In this document: positions 31,821 to 47,252 of the stretch, in pieces
Numbering within the stretch: position 1 is the first letter of the stretch
Layout: each line of letters opens with the position of its first letter
Position numbers and translations under genes: made by a program
The notes under the pieces: model-generated
What the model was told of the DNA's origin: nothing
Database searches by the model: none
Seen by the model: the letters and a program-made list of their open reading frames with translations, nothing else
Source of the DNA: the human T2T-CHM13v2.0 reference genome, Homo sapiens
Reading direction: 5' to 3' (one strand)
DNA length: 64,000 nucleotides
NCBI RefSeq assembly: GCF_009914755.1
Contig: NC_060935.1

Positions 31821-34324
31821 TTATCTTTCATAGGAGTGGCTTCAGCTATAATAGGTAATCTTAAAGATTTTCTCCAGTGTTGACTCTTCTTTATTTTGTT
31901 GGTTTACTTCACTTTTAGATAAAATGGTTTTCATTATAAATTATTAGTTGGCCCAAATGGGAGCTACTTTAAGGAAACATAAAAATCTGATTTCTTTGGA
32001 CTGTCTTTAATTCTAACTTTTATTTTCCTGTGATTTTTGCTTTTCATTTAAAATATCATTTTTTAACAATAGTTTTATTTTCTTTTGTAGGATATGTAGT
32101 AGTAATGCTTATATTAGTTTTTTTCATTGATTATATTTTGAATTTTCTTGTAGCCAATGTTAGCTAACATGGTCCTTATGATAAGAACCATTATTGGTTT
32201 TGTGACTGGTGGTGGCAGCAGTTCTTTTATCTTCCAGATTATTTCCAGTAACTTTCTACACCTATCATAGGACACTGAGAGTGACTACCAATTTTGTATT
32301 TTATGATACTTTCCTTTTAGCTTTTTAAAGTCTAGCATACGTGTTGTAGAAGAGGTGCAAATAGAAATGAAAGTCATATTTTGATGTTTTACATATTGTC
32401 AGCTAATCTTTCATTGTATTTCTTAGGGCTGCTATAAATTTCATTCTTGTACCAATAATACAAAATCTTGTCAAAAAATATAACTCCTATCTAATAATAG
32501 ATATATTTTATATTTTTTGTTAATGAATTGAAGTATAAAAAGTAATAACACTCTATTTCTTGTCCAAGAGTCATTTTTTAAAAATTCTAAAAAAGTAAAA
32601 TCTGCATTTTAAGAAGTTAAATTTAGTTTTTAAAAATCTTCTAGTTGGAAAACTAAAGTTTGGTACACACCCAGAAAACATTTACTAAAATTGATTACAT
32701 AAATTAAAAACTTCATCTTCACAAAAACCAAATCATAGCGAAATAACAAGATTACCTTGTATGGCAAAAGTCTAAATATAAATAATGAGATGTGGAAAAC
32801 TACTGAAGCATTGTTAACAAATGAAGAGATTTCACAACTTGATAAATTAAATGCCAGGAATTCATTAGAAATACTGGCAGATAATACAAATGGTGCATAG
32901 AAAAATAATGCCTTTGAAAAGATGTTCTGTCGTACGTAAAATAATACAACTGCAACTTAAAACTTCCCCGAGGTACTCTGTTTCACCTAGTTGATTGGCA
33001 ACATAAAGCCTAATAATATACTTAGCTGCAGATGCAGTAAATCAATTCCTTATAAATCTTTGGTGGGAATATAAGTTTGTATAACTTTGGGAGGATTATT
33101 TGGAAATATATTTCAAAATTTAACTATACATACTCTTTGAGCACTTTCACTTTTAGAAACTTAACCTGGATATATAAAAGCACATGTGTATGAATAGATA
33201 TAATCAAGGCTTTTAATTGCTGGAGGTAACTCTTTTAGTAACTTCATGTTTTTCCTGTGTACTTGAATATGAATGGAATCTCTCTGGAAGGATACAGAAG
33301 CTGCTAACAGCACCTGATCCTTAGGAGAGAAACCGAGGTTGCTGAAGAGGACATGAAAAACAACCTTTTAACTTAAGTACAATTTACAGAATACATGTGC
33401 ATGTATTACCTGCTAAAGTTAATATTAAAAAGAATGACCTGGAACTAAGACTCTCTTGTCAGCCATGTGTAAAATACACCATCAGTGGACAGCACAGGTG
33501 TTTAGCACATCACTGATGTGCTGGTGATGCCACAGTGTGTTAGCGTTTGCCACTCAATTCAAACATCTCTCCCTCAAAAGGAAGTTCCTTGATATGCTCT
33601 TCTCACCCCTGACTACCTAGGACAGTCATATTCATTTATTCTGTGTATTTTTTCTAAGATTATATATATAATTAATGTTTTGTTCTAGTTGTTTCATATC
33701 TTTTTCCATAGATAGAGTTGGGCTCTGTGAAGGCTGGGAGTCCACCCCTCTTGCACTGCTGCGTCCTCACTATGTAGTATGATGCCTTGGATGGCGCTGA
33801 CATTTGCAGCATCTTTGAATGAGTGAAGAATAATTCTAGAGTATCAGACAAAGCCAGAGCCTAACAGGAAAATATGATAAGCCTCTTCTCACCCATGTGG
33901 GCATTTCTGTTCCTTCTAACAGTGGCTTCCCTAAAACAAATAAAAAGTTTTACTTCTTCAGGGGGGCAGGACACAGAACTCTTTCAGAAACCAATATAAA
34001 CCATAAAAGGCAGAGATGCAAATACCTCTACATTTTGTCATGTAATTTTAGTGGCTTCATGGATTTCCCTAAAGCTCTTCAACTTGACCACCTCACTTAA
34101 GGATCCACTCTGCAGGATTGTTTTTTTTGACCTTTATTCCACTGACAATTTTTGGTTTCATTTTTCTGATTTTTCCCCCTTCTTTCTAGACTGGGCTATT
34201 GTGTTTTATGAACATTTTCAAATGTACAGAAAAGTAGTAAGAAGTATACTTTTGGACACCCAAACGCCCAACATTCCACCATTCATATTCTACAGTTAAC
34301 CTTTTACTGTATTTCTCTCTGTCT

Positions 34325-34627
34325 TTCTTTGCTTTTTTGAAACAGTATCTTGCTCTTTGATCCAAGCTAGATTGCAGTGGAGTGATCACAGCTCACTGTA
34401 GTCTTGACCTCCTGGGCTGAAGTGATCCTCCCACCTCAGCCTCTTGAGTAGCTAAGACTACTGGCCTGTGCCACCAAGCCTGGCTAATTTTTTTTTTTTT
34501 TTTTTTAATTTTTAGTAGAGACTGAGTGTCACCAAGTTGCCCAGGCTGGTCGTGAACTCCTGGGCCCAAGAGATTCTCCTGCCTTGGCCTCCCCAAATGC
34601 TGGTTACAGGCATGAGGCACCTACCTA
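34325..34627 (-). mobile_element. AluJ
   Basis: gatcacagctcactgtag and agtgatcctcccacctcagcc are J-type. Confidence 0.85.
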
Positions 34628-35037
34628 CCATATTTTCTTTATCACATAACTATCCATCTATCTCTCCATCCTTTTTTATTTAGTGCATTTGAGTAAGTTG
34701 CCAATATCATTACACTTTCCTCCATATACTTCAGCTTGTATGGCATTAACTACAGTTCAATATTGTTTATAGGACTCTTTTTTGAGACAGAAATTTATAT
34801 ACAATGAAATGCACAAATCTTACATGTAACATTTGATGAATTTTGACAAATACATACACCTGTGTAACTCAAACTTATCAAGATCTAGACCACTGCCATG
34901 ACCCCAGAAGGTTTACTCATGTTCTTTCCTAGTACTTTTTGTTTACTGGTTTATGTGATTATAATTTACTATGTTACATTTATATTACAGTGATCCCTTA
35001 AGTTTATACTGTCTGATCAGCATTGCTTCTGTCTTTA

Positions 35038-35480
<443 letters not shown>

Positions 35481-35831
35481 TCACAGGGGTCATACAGGTT
35501 ATTTTTTAGGTGAACAGGTTTACTGCCACTGTATTTTTTTCCATTTTAGATGTTTTACCACCGCACAGCTTACTCAGTTACTCTCTGAAGTGAGATAAGG
35601 AAATGAGGATTATAGTAACTGAGGAAGAACAATAGTCACACATCTTAGAATAAGCATAGTGGTGGAGAGAGGGTAGGCACAGCAGTTTAGAGCCTTTTGC
35701 CACCAGTTGGTGATATTTGTGGAGTCACGGACCCCTGGGAGGTGGAGGAAGTGGAGAATGTCCAGTGGGAAGAAGAAATCTAAAACTTAATCTGTTGTCG
35801 TAGAAGTCTTGTGATGTGTATATAGTGATTA

Positions 35832-36482
35832 TATTACCGGAAGGAGGGCCTTGAGTGAGTTGTCCAGGTTCTTGGCATTTTGAACAAAGAATTGGACAAA
35901 ACGCACAAAATAACAAATGAATGAAACACAGGAAAGAAGCAGCGAAAGCAATAATTTATTAAGGCTAGAAAGCACTCCACAGGGTGGAAGTGGGCTCGAG
36001 CCAGTGGCTCAAGGGCCCGTTACAAAGTTTTCTGGGTTTTAAGTACTTCTTTTGAGGTGCCTATCAGTTAGCCCTTATCTGGATGAAGGATTTGGTCCGT
36101 GCCTAATTAAAGGCTGAGGTGAATTGGCACCCTGTGCAGATGAAGGGATAGTCCCTGCTTGGCCAATCCAGGGTACTTTTCCTTTCCATTTGAGGCGTGG
36201 TGGGGGGTGGGGGGATTGTAGGGAGAGTAGCCTTTGATCGTTTGTTACTCCATGTTGGGAGATGGGGGTTTTCCTTTGGTTTAGCTTTAGGAAGTTTCAG
36301 AAAGTTTGTGTTAATTGGCCTTACGGTCCCCGCCCCCAGACCCAGGTGTTTTCCTTTTGATCCAGGTTTAGGAAGTAGCAGAATTGGTCTCAGGTTCCCT
36401 GCCTCCAGACCTTGGTGTTTTTCTTGATTCAGCAGGAATTAGCCTTAAGTTTCCTGCCTCCAGACCCTATTCTCCAGCCTCA
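35832..36482 (-). mobile_element. ERV1 solo LTR, MER51 family
   Basis: Minus strand begins TGAGGCTGGAGAATAGGGTCTGGAGGCAGGAAAC. AATAAA (tttatt 35955-35960), internal tandem units, 4-bp TSD atta at 35828-31 and 36483-86. Confidence 0.8.
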
Positions 36483-36849
36483 ATTATAGCATATTAAATG
36501 TCTCTGATATAATAAAAGTTACCTCAGAGGCAATTAATCTTTTCATTAGCTTTATATGGGTTGGAGATGGTAGTAACTTCTTAAATATGACATAATTTGT
36601 GGTCTGAGAAATAAATGTAACTAGATACTATAGCTTTCATGTTGAATCGGAAATACAAAGTCAGTGTTTTAGTAATACCCACATAGTACAACCATCATTG
36701 TCAAAACAACTTTCTTGTAGTTAAATCATAATATTATTGCAGATGCACTAGCTATTTTCATAACCGTGACCATTATCTAAAAATATAATACATTGATAAC
36801 TTGGCACAAGTCTTTATAGTAGGTTTGTTATTTTTAATTGCATGGTGGT

Positions 36850-37154
36850 TTTTTTGCTTATTTATTTATTGAGACAGAGTCTTGTTCTTTTGCCTAGGCT
36901 GGAGTGCACTGGCACAATCTCAGGTCACTGCAACCTCCGCCTGTCAGGTTTAAGCGATTGTCATGCCTCAGCCTCCTGAGTAGCTGGGATTACAGGGGTG
37001 CGCCACTATGCCCAGCTAATTTTTTTATATTTTTAGTAGATTCGGGGTTTTGCTGTGTTGGCTGGGCTGGTCTCGAACTCCTGACCTCAAGTGATCCATC
37101 TGCCTCTGCCTGCCAAAGTGCTGGGATTATAGGTGTGATTCACCACACCCGGCC
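36850..37154 (-). mobile_element. AluS
   Basis: Reverse dimer; TSD tggtggttt. Confidence 0.9.
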
Positions 37155-37942
37155 TTGGTGGTTTATTTTTAAGCATTTATGTATTCATCATTGTTAATAT
37201 CTCCTTATTAAATGATTTGCTCTTTTTTGTGTGTACTTACTACCATAATGTAACAGTTGTGACCAATGCGCTGCTTCCCAAAGCTTCTGGTAATTATAGA
37301 TAAATGTTCTAGATTGGTCCCTCCTCTCTTTTCCTTGTGTGATTCCCTATGGTACAGAGTTAAAAATCAATCAACTAGGGAGACTGCAGTCGGGTATTTT
37401 GCAAAGTAAGCCTTTATGCAGTTGGCTTGATCTCTCTATGTAGCACAAAATCAATGTATAAAAGTGGTATTTGAGATTTATTGAATACTTTTTCATATGT
37501 TTTACATTTACTTTTTAATCCTCCCAATAACTGTATGAGGTAGATACCATTGGTGTCCTCAACTTACAACTAAACCCAGAGGTTAGGTAATGGTAACTAA
37601 TCTCATATAGCTTATTAGTGATAGAGCTTGTGCTCAAATACATTTTCCTAACTACTACACCAAAGACTTCTTATTCTGTCTAATGGAAGCTGCATTGGGT
37701 TAAGTACCACCAATAGTAATACTAGCTGTAATTTGAGGAGGATAATCCAAATCCTCAGACCTGGGTTATGTCTTGTCACTTTCTCATCAAAGCAGGTTAT
37801 GCTATGACCTCTTCCAACCCCCTATCTCAGGGGGTCTGCTCACCATTCACTTAGCATAAGTAAGCAGTGGCTTTGAATTTTTAGTATCTTGCTGTAGTGG
37901 TTTTAGGTTGTGAGCTAGGTCCTAATCAGTACTTCCTGTTAA

Positions 37943-38357
<415 letters not shown>

Positions 38358-38834
38358 TAAATTACTATAATTGGAAGAGGAATGTTGCAACGTTGCAAAC
38401 AATGTATGGCAATCATTTTGCTTTCCAAGTATACATTTTCCTACTCTAAAAACTTAAGTTTGCAACTGCACATTTTAAGATATGTATGAAATTTTGACTG
38501 GAAGATAGCTTTATTTATCTTATGCCCATTTATTATATTATGTAATTTTTAGTCCTTAAATATTATCAAATAGCACAGTTCTAGTAATAGAGAAAATGTA
38601 AACGTTATTGGTTTACTAGCCCTCCTATTAATGCTTAAACTCTTTTAGGTTTTGGGAGGAGTTCTTAGTTAATAAGTCAAATAATGTTATTCCTGGACAG
38701 TGTTTTCAATGCTTCTCATTAGCCAATGAGTAATAAATGTACCCAGTTTTGAGAAGTATATTGCCAGAGTTGGATTGTTAATATAAAGCAACCATTTTCC
38801 TAATCATCTGTGTTTTTTGTATGTTCTCACACAG

Positions 38835-38954
38835 AAGAAAGAACCTTCTAAATCCAGCATCAAGAAAAAAATGACCAAAGTTGCAGAAGCAAAAAAAGTA
38901 ATGAAGAGAAATTTTAAAGTGAATAAGAAGATAACATTTACTGATGAAGGGGAG
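38835..38954 (+). CDS. DDX10: DDX10 internal coding exon (probably exon 14), 120 nt, phase 0-0: KKEPSKSSIKKKMTKVAEAKKVMKRNFKVNKKITFTDEGE
   Basis: Acceptor ...gttctcacacAG at 38833-34 and donor GAG|gtaaga at 38955. The 40 stop-free codons match my recollection of the human DDX10 C-terminal region and join in frame to the next exon. Exon number is from memory. Confidence 0.95.
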
Positions 38955-39624
38955 GTAAGATTCTAGAAGTGTTTCATTTCTGAGGTGCATTTGGAGTATT
39001 AGAAGAGATCGACTCTCTCTTACTTAGCACTCATTAATGATAGAGTAAATGTTTCTCTACAGCATGCTGGGCCATTCCTTTCACTGTTACTGTAGGCTGT
39101 ACATCAGCTCTACTGCTGTGAACAAGGATGCCTTACTGCCAATAAGCCGAGATACTTCTTGGTAATACTGACACAGAGTTGGTTTTGAACTTTCTAGATT
39201 ATGTTTTTATAGATAAGGTTTTCTCTTCATGGTATTGAACATTATGTTCTATGGAACAGACATGAGAATGCTAATACATCTACTTGCCACAGCTTCTTTT
39301 GCTTCACTCAGAAAAGCTTCTGCTTTGCACTTCCTCAATTTTAAATGCTGTACTTGCATATATCTTGCTGGACTGGCTATGGGAGGGAATTCTCTGCTTT
39401 ATAAAGTAGTCTCAGACACAGAGGTGCCTTGTTTAAATTCACCTTTCCCTTAGCCGTATTGTAAATACATACCCATAGTATAGGGAAGGGATTACCACTC
39501 ACAGGTTACTCATGAAAGTTCATGCTATTATGTAACAGTTGTCTTCATTTTAAAATGATGAAATAGATCCAGTATGTCAAGTGACTTACCTAAGGAGTGG
39601 TTACAGTAGGTAGGGTCTTTTGAA

Positions 39625-39912
39625 TATCATCTCATGGCCTCATTCTCACCAGCGCAGGTTTTCCTGACTATCCTCATATTAGCACAGAGCACCTTACCTC
39701 CATCATAGCCTCATTTCTCTCACCCTGCCTCACTTTTCTTGACAGCACTTACTTTGTGACTTCAGTCTATATTTGACTATTGTCAGTTTCTTCCACTCCA
39801 CTTCTTCTTGAGAGGAAGGTATTTTGTTGATTTTGTTTACTATTCTGTCCCCAGCACCTAGAAAGGTACCTAACATAATAAGCCCTCACAAAAATTTATT
39901 GATTGAATGAAA
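39625..39912 (+). mobile_element. L2 3' fragment
   Basis: ...tccccagcacctagaaaggtacctaacataataagccctcac...ttgattgaatgaa. Confidence 0.65.
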
Positions 39913-41703
39913 CATCTATTTCAATAAAATAACAGCTTTTCATATTAACTAATGTAGCACATCATATATTTCATCATCATTAACATAAAGACTGCTTAAG
40001 CAGCCTCTCCAGTGGAGTATGATTCCTTTTAATTTTGGAGTTAAAGTTTTGGATGTTATTTTGGGATGTATAAATCAGACGAAAAGTCACAAAATCGTGT
40101 GCCATTCAAAGGTGGTGGAAGTTGAAGAGGAAGCGTATCTAAATGACAGATAATGAGTCTTTATGAAGTTACGAAAAAGAGGTCAGCACCTGAGAAACAG
40201 ACTAAACTAGAATAGTCATATGACATCTGATGTTCACTGTAAAATGAGATGAGTGCTGTTGGTGTAATGAGGTTCCTTAGTATGCTACTAAGTTTAACTG
40301 CATAAATTATACCAATTAGCTCCAAAATGAATGTAAATCCTCAACTATAAAATGTTTCAATGTGTACTTAGTGCTAATAGGAAATGTTTGTGGCTGTGAG
40401 CCATCCTGAAACTTCTGACTTAAAGCTCTGAAAGAAATGCCACTATATATATTTTTCTAGCCCATAGAAGGATAAACTTTTTGCCCTCTGATTGCAGTGG
40501 GGATGAGGAGTCCAAGTAACATGATATTCATATTGTTAAAACTGATCCCTCGCATTGCCTCTTTAGGGTCAGTGACTGCTAGCATGGCTGCTCAGTGATA
40601 TTTATCAACCCCATTGGTTGCTAAAAGTTGAGGCTCCATAGGAATCTCATCTTGAAGAATGGTTATGGTGGCCACAGAGTGAGAGAGGAGACATTAATAC
40701 CTGCGATGTGTGTGCTTGCAGTTTCCATTTGCTGGCAGGTTAATTAGCAGTCTTTCAAAACAATGGTAGTTATTTAAATCTTTCTGGCAACTAATTATTA
40801 GATAAAACAAGAGTTATTGTTGTCTGAATTGTCTATAGAGTTTTGTGGTGTTAGACTTAGAAATTACTGAGTCAAATAAACCTATGTTTTTCTGGAAGGG
40901 ACACAGATATCCAGAGATTAATTTATTTCGCATTACATAGTAATGAAAAAGCCAGGACATTTAGACAGGTCCCCTCATTAGCAGATCAGTGCCCCATCTT
41001 CTAGGTCACCTTGTTCCTTACCCTAAACTGTATGTGTAAAATATGTGGATTTGAGCAAGCCTGTGAAACCCAAACTGATTTTCTCCTTTTCAGTTAGTTA
41101 TTTCAGTCATTATGTAATGTTAGTTGGTATGTGATTCATTGATCCATTTTGAGCACCTGTTTAATATGTGCCAGATACTATGTTGGGCTCCAAGGATAAA
41201 TGAACAAGACATACAACTGCCCTCAAGGAGATTAATTCTAGTAAGAGAAACAGGAACATAAAACAACGCAGTGCAATGAACTTTGTGTGACAGTAACACA
41301 CTGGGTACCATGGAAGCCCAAAGGAGGTACAGCCTGTGTCCTACTCAGCCCGACTCCTACTGTGTGCAGATAATTTTGAGCTGAGTTGTGTGGAGAATAG
41401 GATACTAAGAATGCTGTTTGGAAAGATGCTGGAGCATCTCTATTTTGTGACTGCCTTCTCTTCCAAATTATTTGGTGAAATTTTCTTTTAATCCTGTTCT
41501 CATTGGGTATGGCAGTGTTACTTTACTCTGACTAGGGCAGTCTCTTCTATGGCTTGAAGTTGATTAGAAGATTAAATAATACAGATTAGATTGTAAGGCA
41601 GAAAATGGGTATCTGCACCTTTTCAGAATCATCAGACAAAATGAAGTGTCTTTCTGGGGTATTCCCTACTTCCTGTTGACACTGACCTTTTTTTTACCTG
41701 TAG

Positions 41704-41865
41704 TTGGTTCAGCAGTGGCCACAAATGCAGAAATCTGCCATCAAGGATGCTGAGGAAGATGATGACACAGGTGGTATCAACTTACATAAAGCAAAGGAAA
41801 GACTTCAGGAAGAGGACAAATTTGACAAAGAAGAATATAGGAAAAAAATTAAGGCAAAGCATCGG
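41704..41865 (+). CDS. DDX10: DDX10 internal coding exon (probably exon 15), 162 nt, phase 0-0: LVQQWPQMQKSAIKDAEEDDDTGGINLHKAKERLQEEDKFDKEEYRKKIKAKHR
   Basis: Branch-like actgacc, a T tract and acctgtAG acceptor; donor CGG|gtaagc at 41866. 54 stop-free codons continuing the DDX10 protein. Confidence 0.95.
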
Positions 41866-43497
41866 GTAAGCTTTCCATCTTGAATTCATACTGAGTAAAA
41901 TTTAGTGTCCCGAAGTATATCTAAATATTCATTAGCTATTCATTAATAAGTGTATTATTTTCTTCATTGTTTTCTCTGACACTTCTTTTTCTGTGGCTAC
42001 TCTTTTTTCTGTTTATTTGTTCCTTTGCTGGGGGAGTCTGTATATTGACTCGTTTCTGAGAATGCCACTTAAATCTGTCTTTGGTCTGAGGTGATCTAAA
42101 TAATATTAGTGGATTTGTTGTTATTATTACAGTTTTTATTTTGAGATAATTGTGGTTTCGCTTGTAGTTGATAGAGATATCCCAAGCTCTCCATTTCAAT
42201 AATTTTGTCATTACTGGAATGTTTTATATAAAACTATGCAGTATGTAGCTTTTTGGAATTGGCTTTTTTCACTCAGCATTATTCTATGGAGACAGAGCCA
42301 AGTTGTGTGCATCAGTGCTTTGTTCCTTTTATTACTAAGTAATGTCCCATCGTATGGATGTACTGAGGTTTGTTTCACCATTCAACCATTGGAAAAGATT
42401 GATGGTGTTTCCAGATTCAACTTAATAAATTTCCATATCAATTACTTGATAATACATTAAATTTATTATATTAAAATTGGAGACTTTGTAAAACTTCTAT
42501 AAAAATAAGCATGTGCCCTTGTGGTCTTGAACTTGGCAGTTTTCTGTTATCCTTGATATAGTGGTCACACATGATATTGTTATACCATTATACTACTTAA
42601 TTCCCTAGAAGTGAACATTTCACTAGATAAAAAAATGAATTAATGAAATAAAGCAGATTGACATTTTTTAAAGAACTTTCTTTAGCGTGCTTTTGATACA
42701 GTGATTTCAGGGTGACACAGTGAGAAACACCTGAGAAACACTGCTATATAATATTAAATTTTGTATTAAGAACAAAATACCTTTGGATGTGAACATTGTT
42801 AAGTACATTCTGAGAAGGATTCTTAGAGCTTTTCACTCCTATTTGACCTTTCATGGACCAGTACACACTTTTTTATAAAAATAGAACAGCAATTCTCATT
42901 TCTTTATTTTAATATTTGATGCAGCTTCAGAGTAGCATTTGATGAAAAAGTAGATATTGGAGATAGCTTTAGGGATGGAAAATGAATGTTGAGAAAAGCA
43001 TTCCAAAAATATGGAGAACAGATGAACCTGAAACGTACTGGTTGTAATTGTTGGATATTTATGTTAATGAGAGAACTAAGCATTTCTTGCATTGCTGCTC
43101 TTAGTGCAGCAATTAAATTGAAATTTGATATTAGCAATTTGTTAAAATCTTTAATATTAAGAGTATCAGGAGCTTGTCATGTTTCAGCTTGCAATCTACT
43201 TAGAGTATTTATCCAGGGGACAACTGGGCAAGAATGTACTGCATTTCTAAGTTGTAGCCAGCAGTAAAAGAAATATGAAGGATTTACATAAAATAATGTT
43301 CACCCTCTTCCCCTTCCTTGCCATCTCTTTTCTCCCATGTGGAAGTTGTTACTATATCCATGTCATTGAATATTGTTCTGGAAACCTTTAGAAAGTTAAT
43401 TTCAAATTGGCAAATTGTACTTGTTTTATACAGTGTTAATGTTTGCTAGGCTCTGCCATAGGCTGTGAACATAGAATATTTAAAATATGTGGGTGCT

Positions 43498-43680
43498 GCT
43501 GAGTGGGTGCAGTAGTTTGCACCTGTAGTTCTGGCTACTTAAGAGGCTGAGGCAGGAGGATAACTTGAGTCTAGGAACTTGAGGCAGTAGTGTGCTATAA
43601 CTGCACCTGTGAATAGCCACTCATTAATAAAAGGCAATATAGCAAGATTCTGTCTCTTTAAAAAACAAAAACAAGAAAAA
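43498..43680 (+). mobile_element. FLAM/AluJ monomer
   Basis: cacctgtagttctggctact...gaggctgaggcaggagga...cctgtgaatagccact, which is FLAM/7SL-like. Confidence 0.75.
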
Positions 43681-43868
43681 ACTAACATATGTACGTGGGT
43701 CCCTCCATCTTCAGGAAGATTATAATTAAGTCTTAGTTAACTGGATATGCTGTTACTGCACAAAAGCTGCTTGCACATCCTTTTTTTTTTTTTTTTTTTA
43801 CATAAAATGTTTTGGAATGAATAATATATTCACATGGCTCAAAAATCAAGATAAAAAAATTGCACATT

Positions 43869-44436
<568 letters not shown>

Positions 44437-45307
44437 TCATAGCAAGGTTGAACAGAACAGTTTTGGGCTGACGAAGTTGTGAGAGAAATCACTTGAACTT
44501 TACATATAGCTGGTTTTGAAACCAGTACTTCTGTGACTACAAGAGTCACAGTATTTTTTTTTTTAAAGTGACAACTTTCTATTTTAAGGAAAATAGGTGT
44601 ATTCTGCACAAGACATACCTTCCAAATAGGATTTTGAAAATCTTACCTGGAAAAAAAGCACAAAGAAACAAAGAAATAATTAGAATAGTTTTCTCTATTC
44701 GACTGATATAAATGTTACCTGACACATGATTGATTTTATAGTATTTTCATTGGTAAACACACATATGTATTTGTGTGTATTAGAGAAAACTTTGCAGTCG
44801 TGAGTACTGTAGCATTAGCATGTTTACTACAATAGCATACATAAGGCACAAATATAGGCACTCAAATCATTTATGCACCAAGCTGTCATAGAGTGGATTT
44901 CTACCCAGGAAATAAGGAATGTTTTCTTAAGTGGCACATCTTCACATGTGGGAAAGTGAAGCAGTGATGTTTGTTGGGAAGAATACTGTGCTGTACTGTG
45001 GAATAACCTGTACTTGAGTCCTCAGTGTGGAATTAGTAGGTTGGTGAAAAAGTAATTACAGTTTGTACCCAGTCCAGTTTGGATTACTAGTCACTGACTG
45101 GGACTTTGCTTTCCTAATCTGAAAAATTAGGGAGTAGGAGTGGGACTTAGTGCCAGATGTCAGTGAGATCCTCTGGCTCCATAGATCTAGTTAAGACATG
45201 GGAATAAAATCATCCTTAACTGTTTGGAAAATAAAATTTTGATTTGTAATTTTTTTCTCCCTGACAAGTCAGGTTGCTTGCTTTACTTGATGAAAAGAGT
45301 TTCTTCC

Positions 45308-45648
<341 letters not shown>

Positions 45649-46519
45649 TTATTTCCAGTAACTTTTAAAACTTTACTTTAAAAACTAAATATATTATTAA
45701 TCCTGCACAAATTACTTTGCTTTAATTAATTGCTTTACTTGAACACATTGTTGGTTTTTGAAGTCACATTTTTTTCCTAACTGAGTATACTACTACTATA
45801 ATGACAATTCTTAGTTCTTTTAGTGTAGGGTTTTGCCTTGGGCAAATATAATTCTGTTTCCCTTTGAGGCTGTCACTCATAATTTTGTTACTTCTATGAA
45901 AGTATATTGAGAAGAACTGTATGTCCCCAAAGAATATTGAAAATACTGACAACAGGGTCTAGGGGAAGCTTTACTTCAGGAAGACAGAAAAAGGTGACGA
46001 AACTTTTGACCCAAAGTTGTGAATAAGGGATGTGCCTGAATGAATTTTGCATATGAAAAAAAAACTTCGTAAAACCTATCACATGCTTCTGTATTTGACA
46101 CATTTCTTTTAATGTATATTAATTGTAAAAGATTTTGTAAGCCTTGGCATTTTTTTTCAGCATGTTCAAAATATTTTATTATATATTTGGTTTAAAGGAT
46201 AGGATATTTAATATGTAAGTGAATTTAGTCTTAATGATTCTGTTTGGAAGTAGTTGTTTGCTCTTGCGTTTAAAAGTTGACAGCCTTGAATCATAGCTTT
46301 GCATGTGCACTCATTCTTAGTATAGTAGGATTCAACTACTCATTTTGTCCTACTTGTTTTTCCCTCATACTATTACACCTGTCTTTGAATCACATTTTTC
46401 ATCTACCAAGTTCTGAAAGCTATATAATTTCTAATGTGATTCAAGTAAATCTTTGTCTTAAAGATTTAGAAAACTGAATTATAACAATTTTTTACATTTA
46501 TTGTTTATTTTAAAATTTT

Positions 46520-47175
46520 ATGTTATCTTTAATTGACACATAATAATTGTATGTATGGGGTACAATGAGATATGTCATTACATGTATATGTTGTGCAATA
46601 ATCAAATCAGGCTAATTAACATAACCATCACTTCAAATATTTATCATTACTTTGTGGTGAGAACATTTAAAATCCATTCTTTTAGCTATTTTGAAGTATA
46701 TAATACATTATTATTAACATGGTCACCAAGCTGTGCAATAGATCATCAGAACTTATTCCTCCTGTCTGATGGAAACTTTATACACTATAACCAACATCTT
46801 CCCTTTGCCCATCTCCCCTGCAAGCCTTCCACCCAGTCCTTTGGTAACCACCATTCTACGCTCTACTTCTGTGAGCTCTTACGAAGTCTGCTTCTATGAA
46901 CTGGATTCCACAGATAAGTGAGATTGTGTATTATTTACCCCTCTGCCTGGCTTATTTCACTCTGCTAAATGTCTTCTTGTTGCAAATGATGGAATTCTGT
47001 ATTTTCCTTAAGGCTGAATAGTATTCCATTGTACATATATATGCTACATTTATTTAATCCATTGTTTGTTGATGGGCACTTCAGTTTTTCCACATCTTGA
47101 CTATTGTGAATAACGTTGCAATAAACATGAGAGTGCAGACATCTATTTGACATACGAATTTCAATTCCCTTATAT
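46520..47175 (-). mobile_element. L1MA 3'UTR fragment
   Basis: aattgacacataataattgta...atcaaatcagg...ggtgagaacatttaaaatc...aaggctgaatagtattccattgt. Confidence 0.8.
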
Positions 47176-47213
47176 ATAAGAGATCTAAAGGTTCTAACTG
47201 GTTTAGAGTACAA

Positions 47214-47252
47214 ACCAGACCAGACCAGACCAGACCAGACCAGACCAGACCA
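47214..47252. repeat. (ACCAG)7+ pentanucleotide microsatellite
   Basis: Seven perfect ACCAG units plus ACCA. Confidence 0.95.

Noticed and set aside
40730-40805. Homeobox (TAATTA) and SOX (AACAATG) motif cluster
   Set aside because: Expected by chance in AT-rich intron; no conservation data available.
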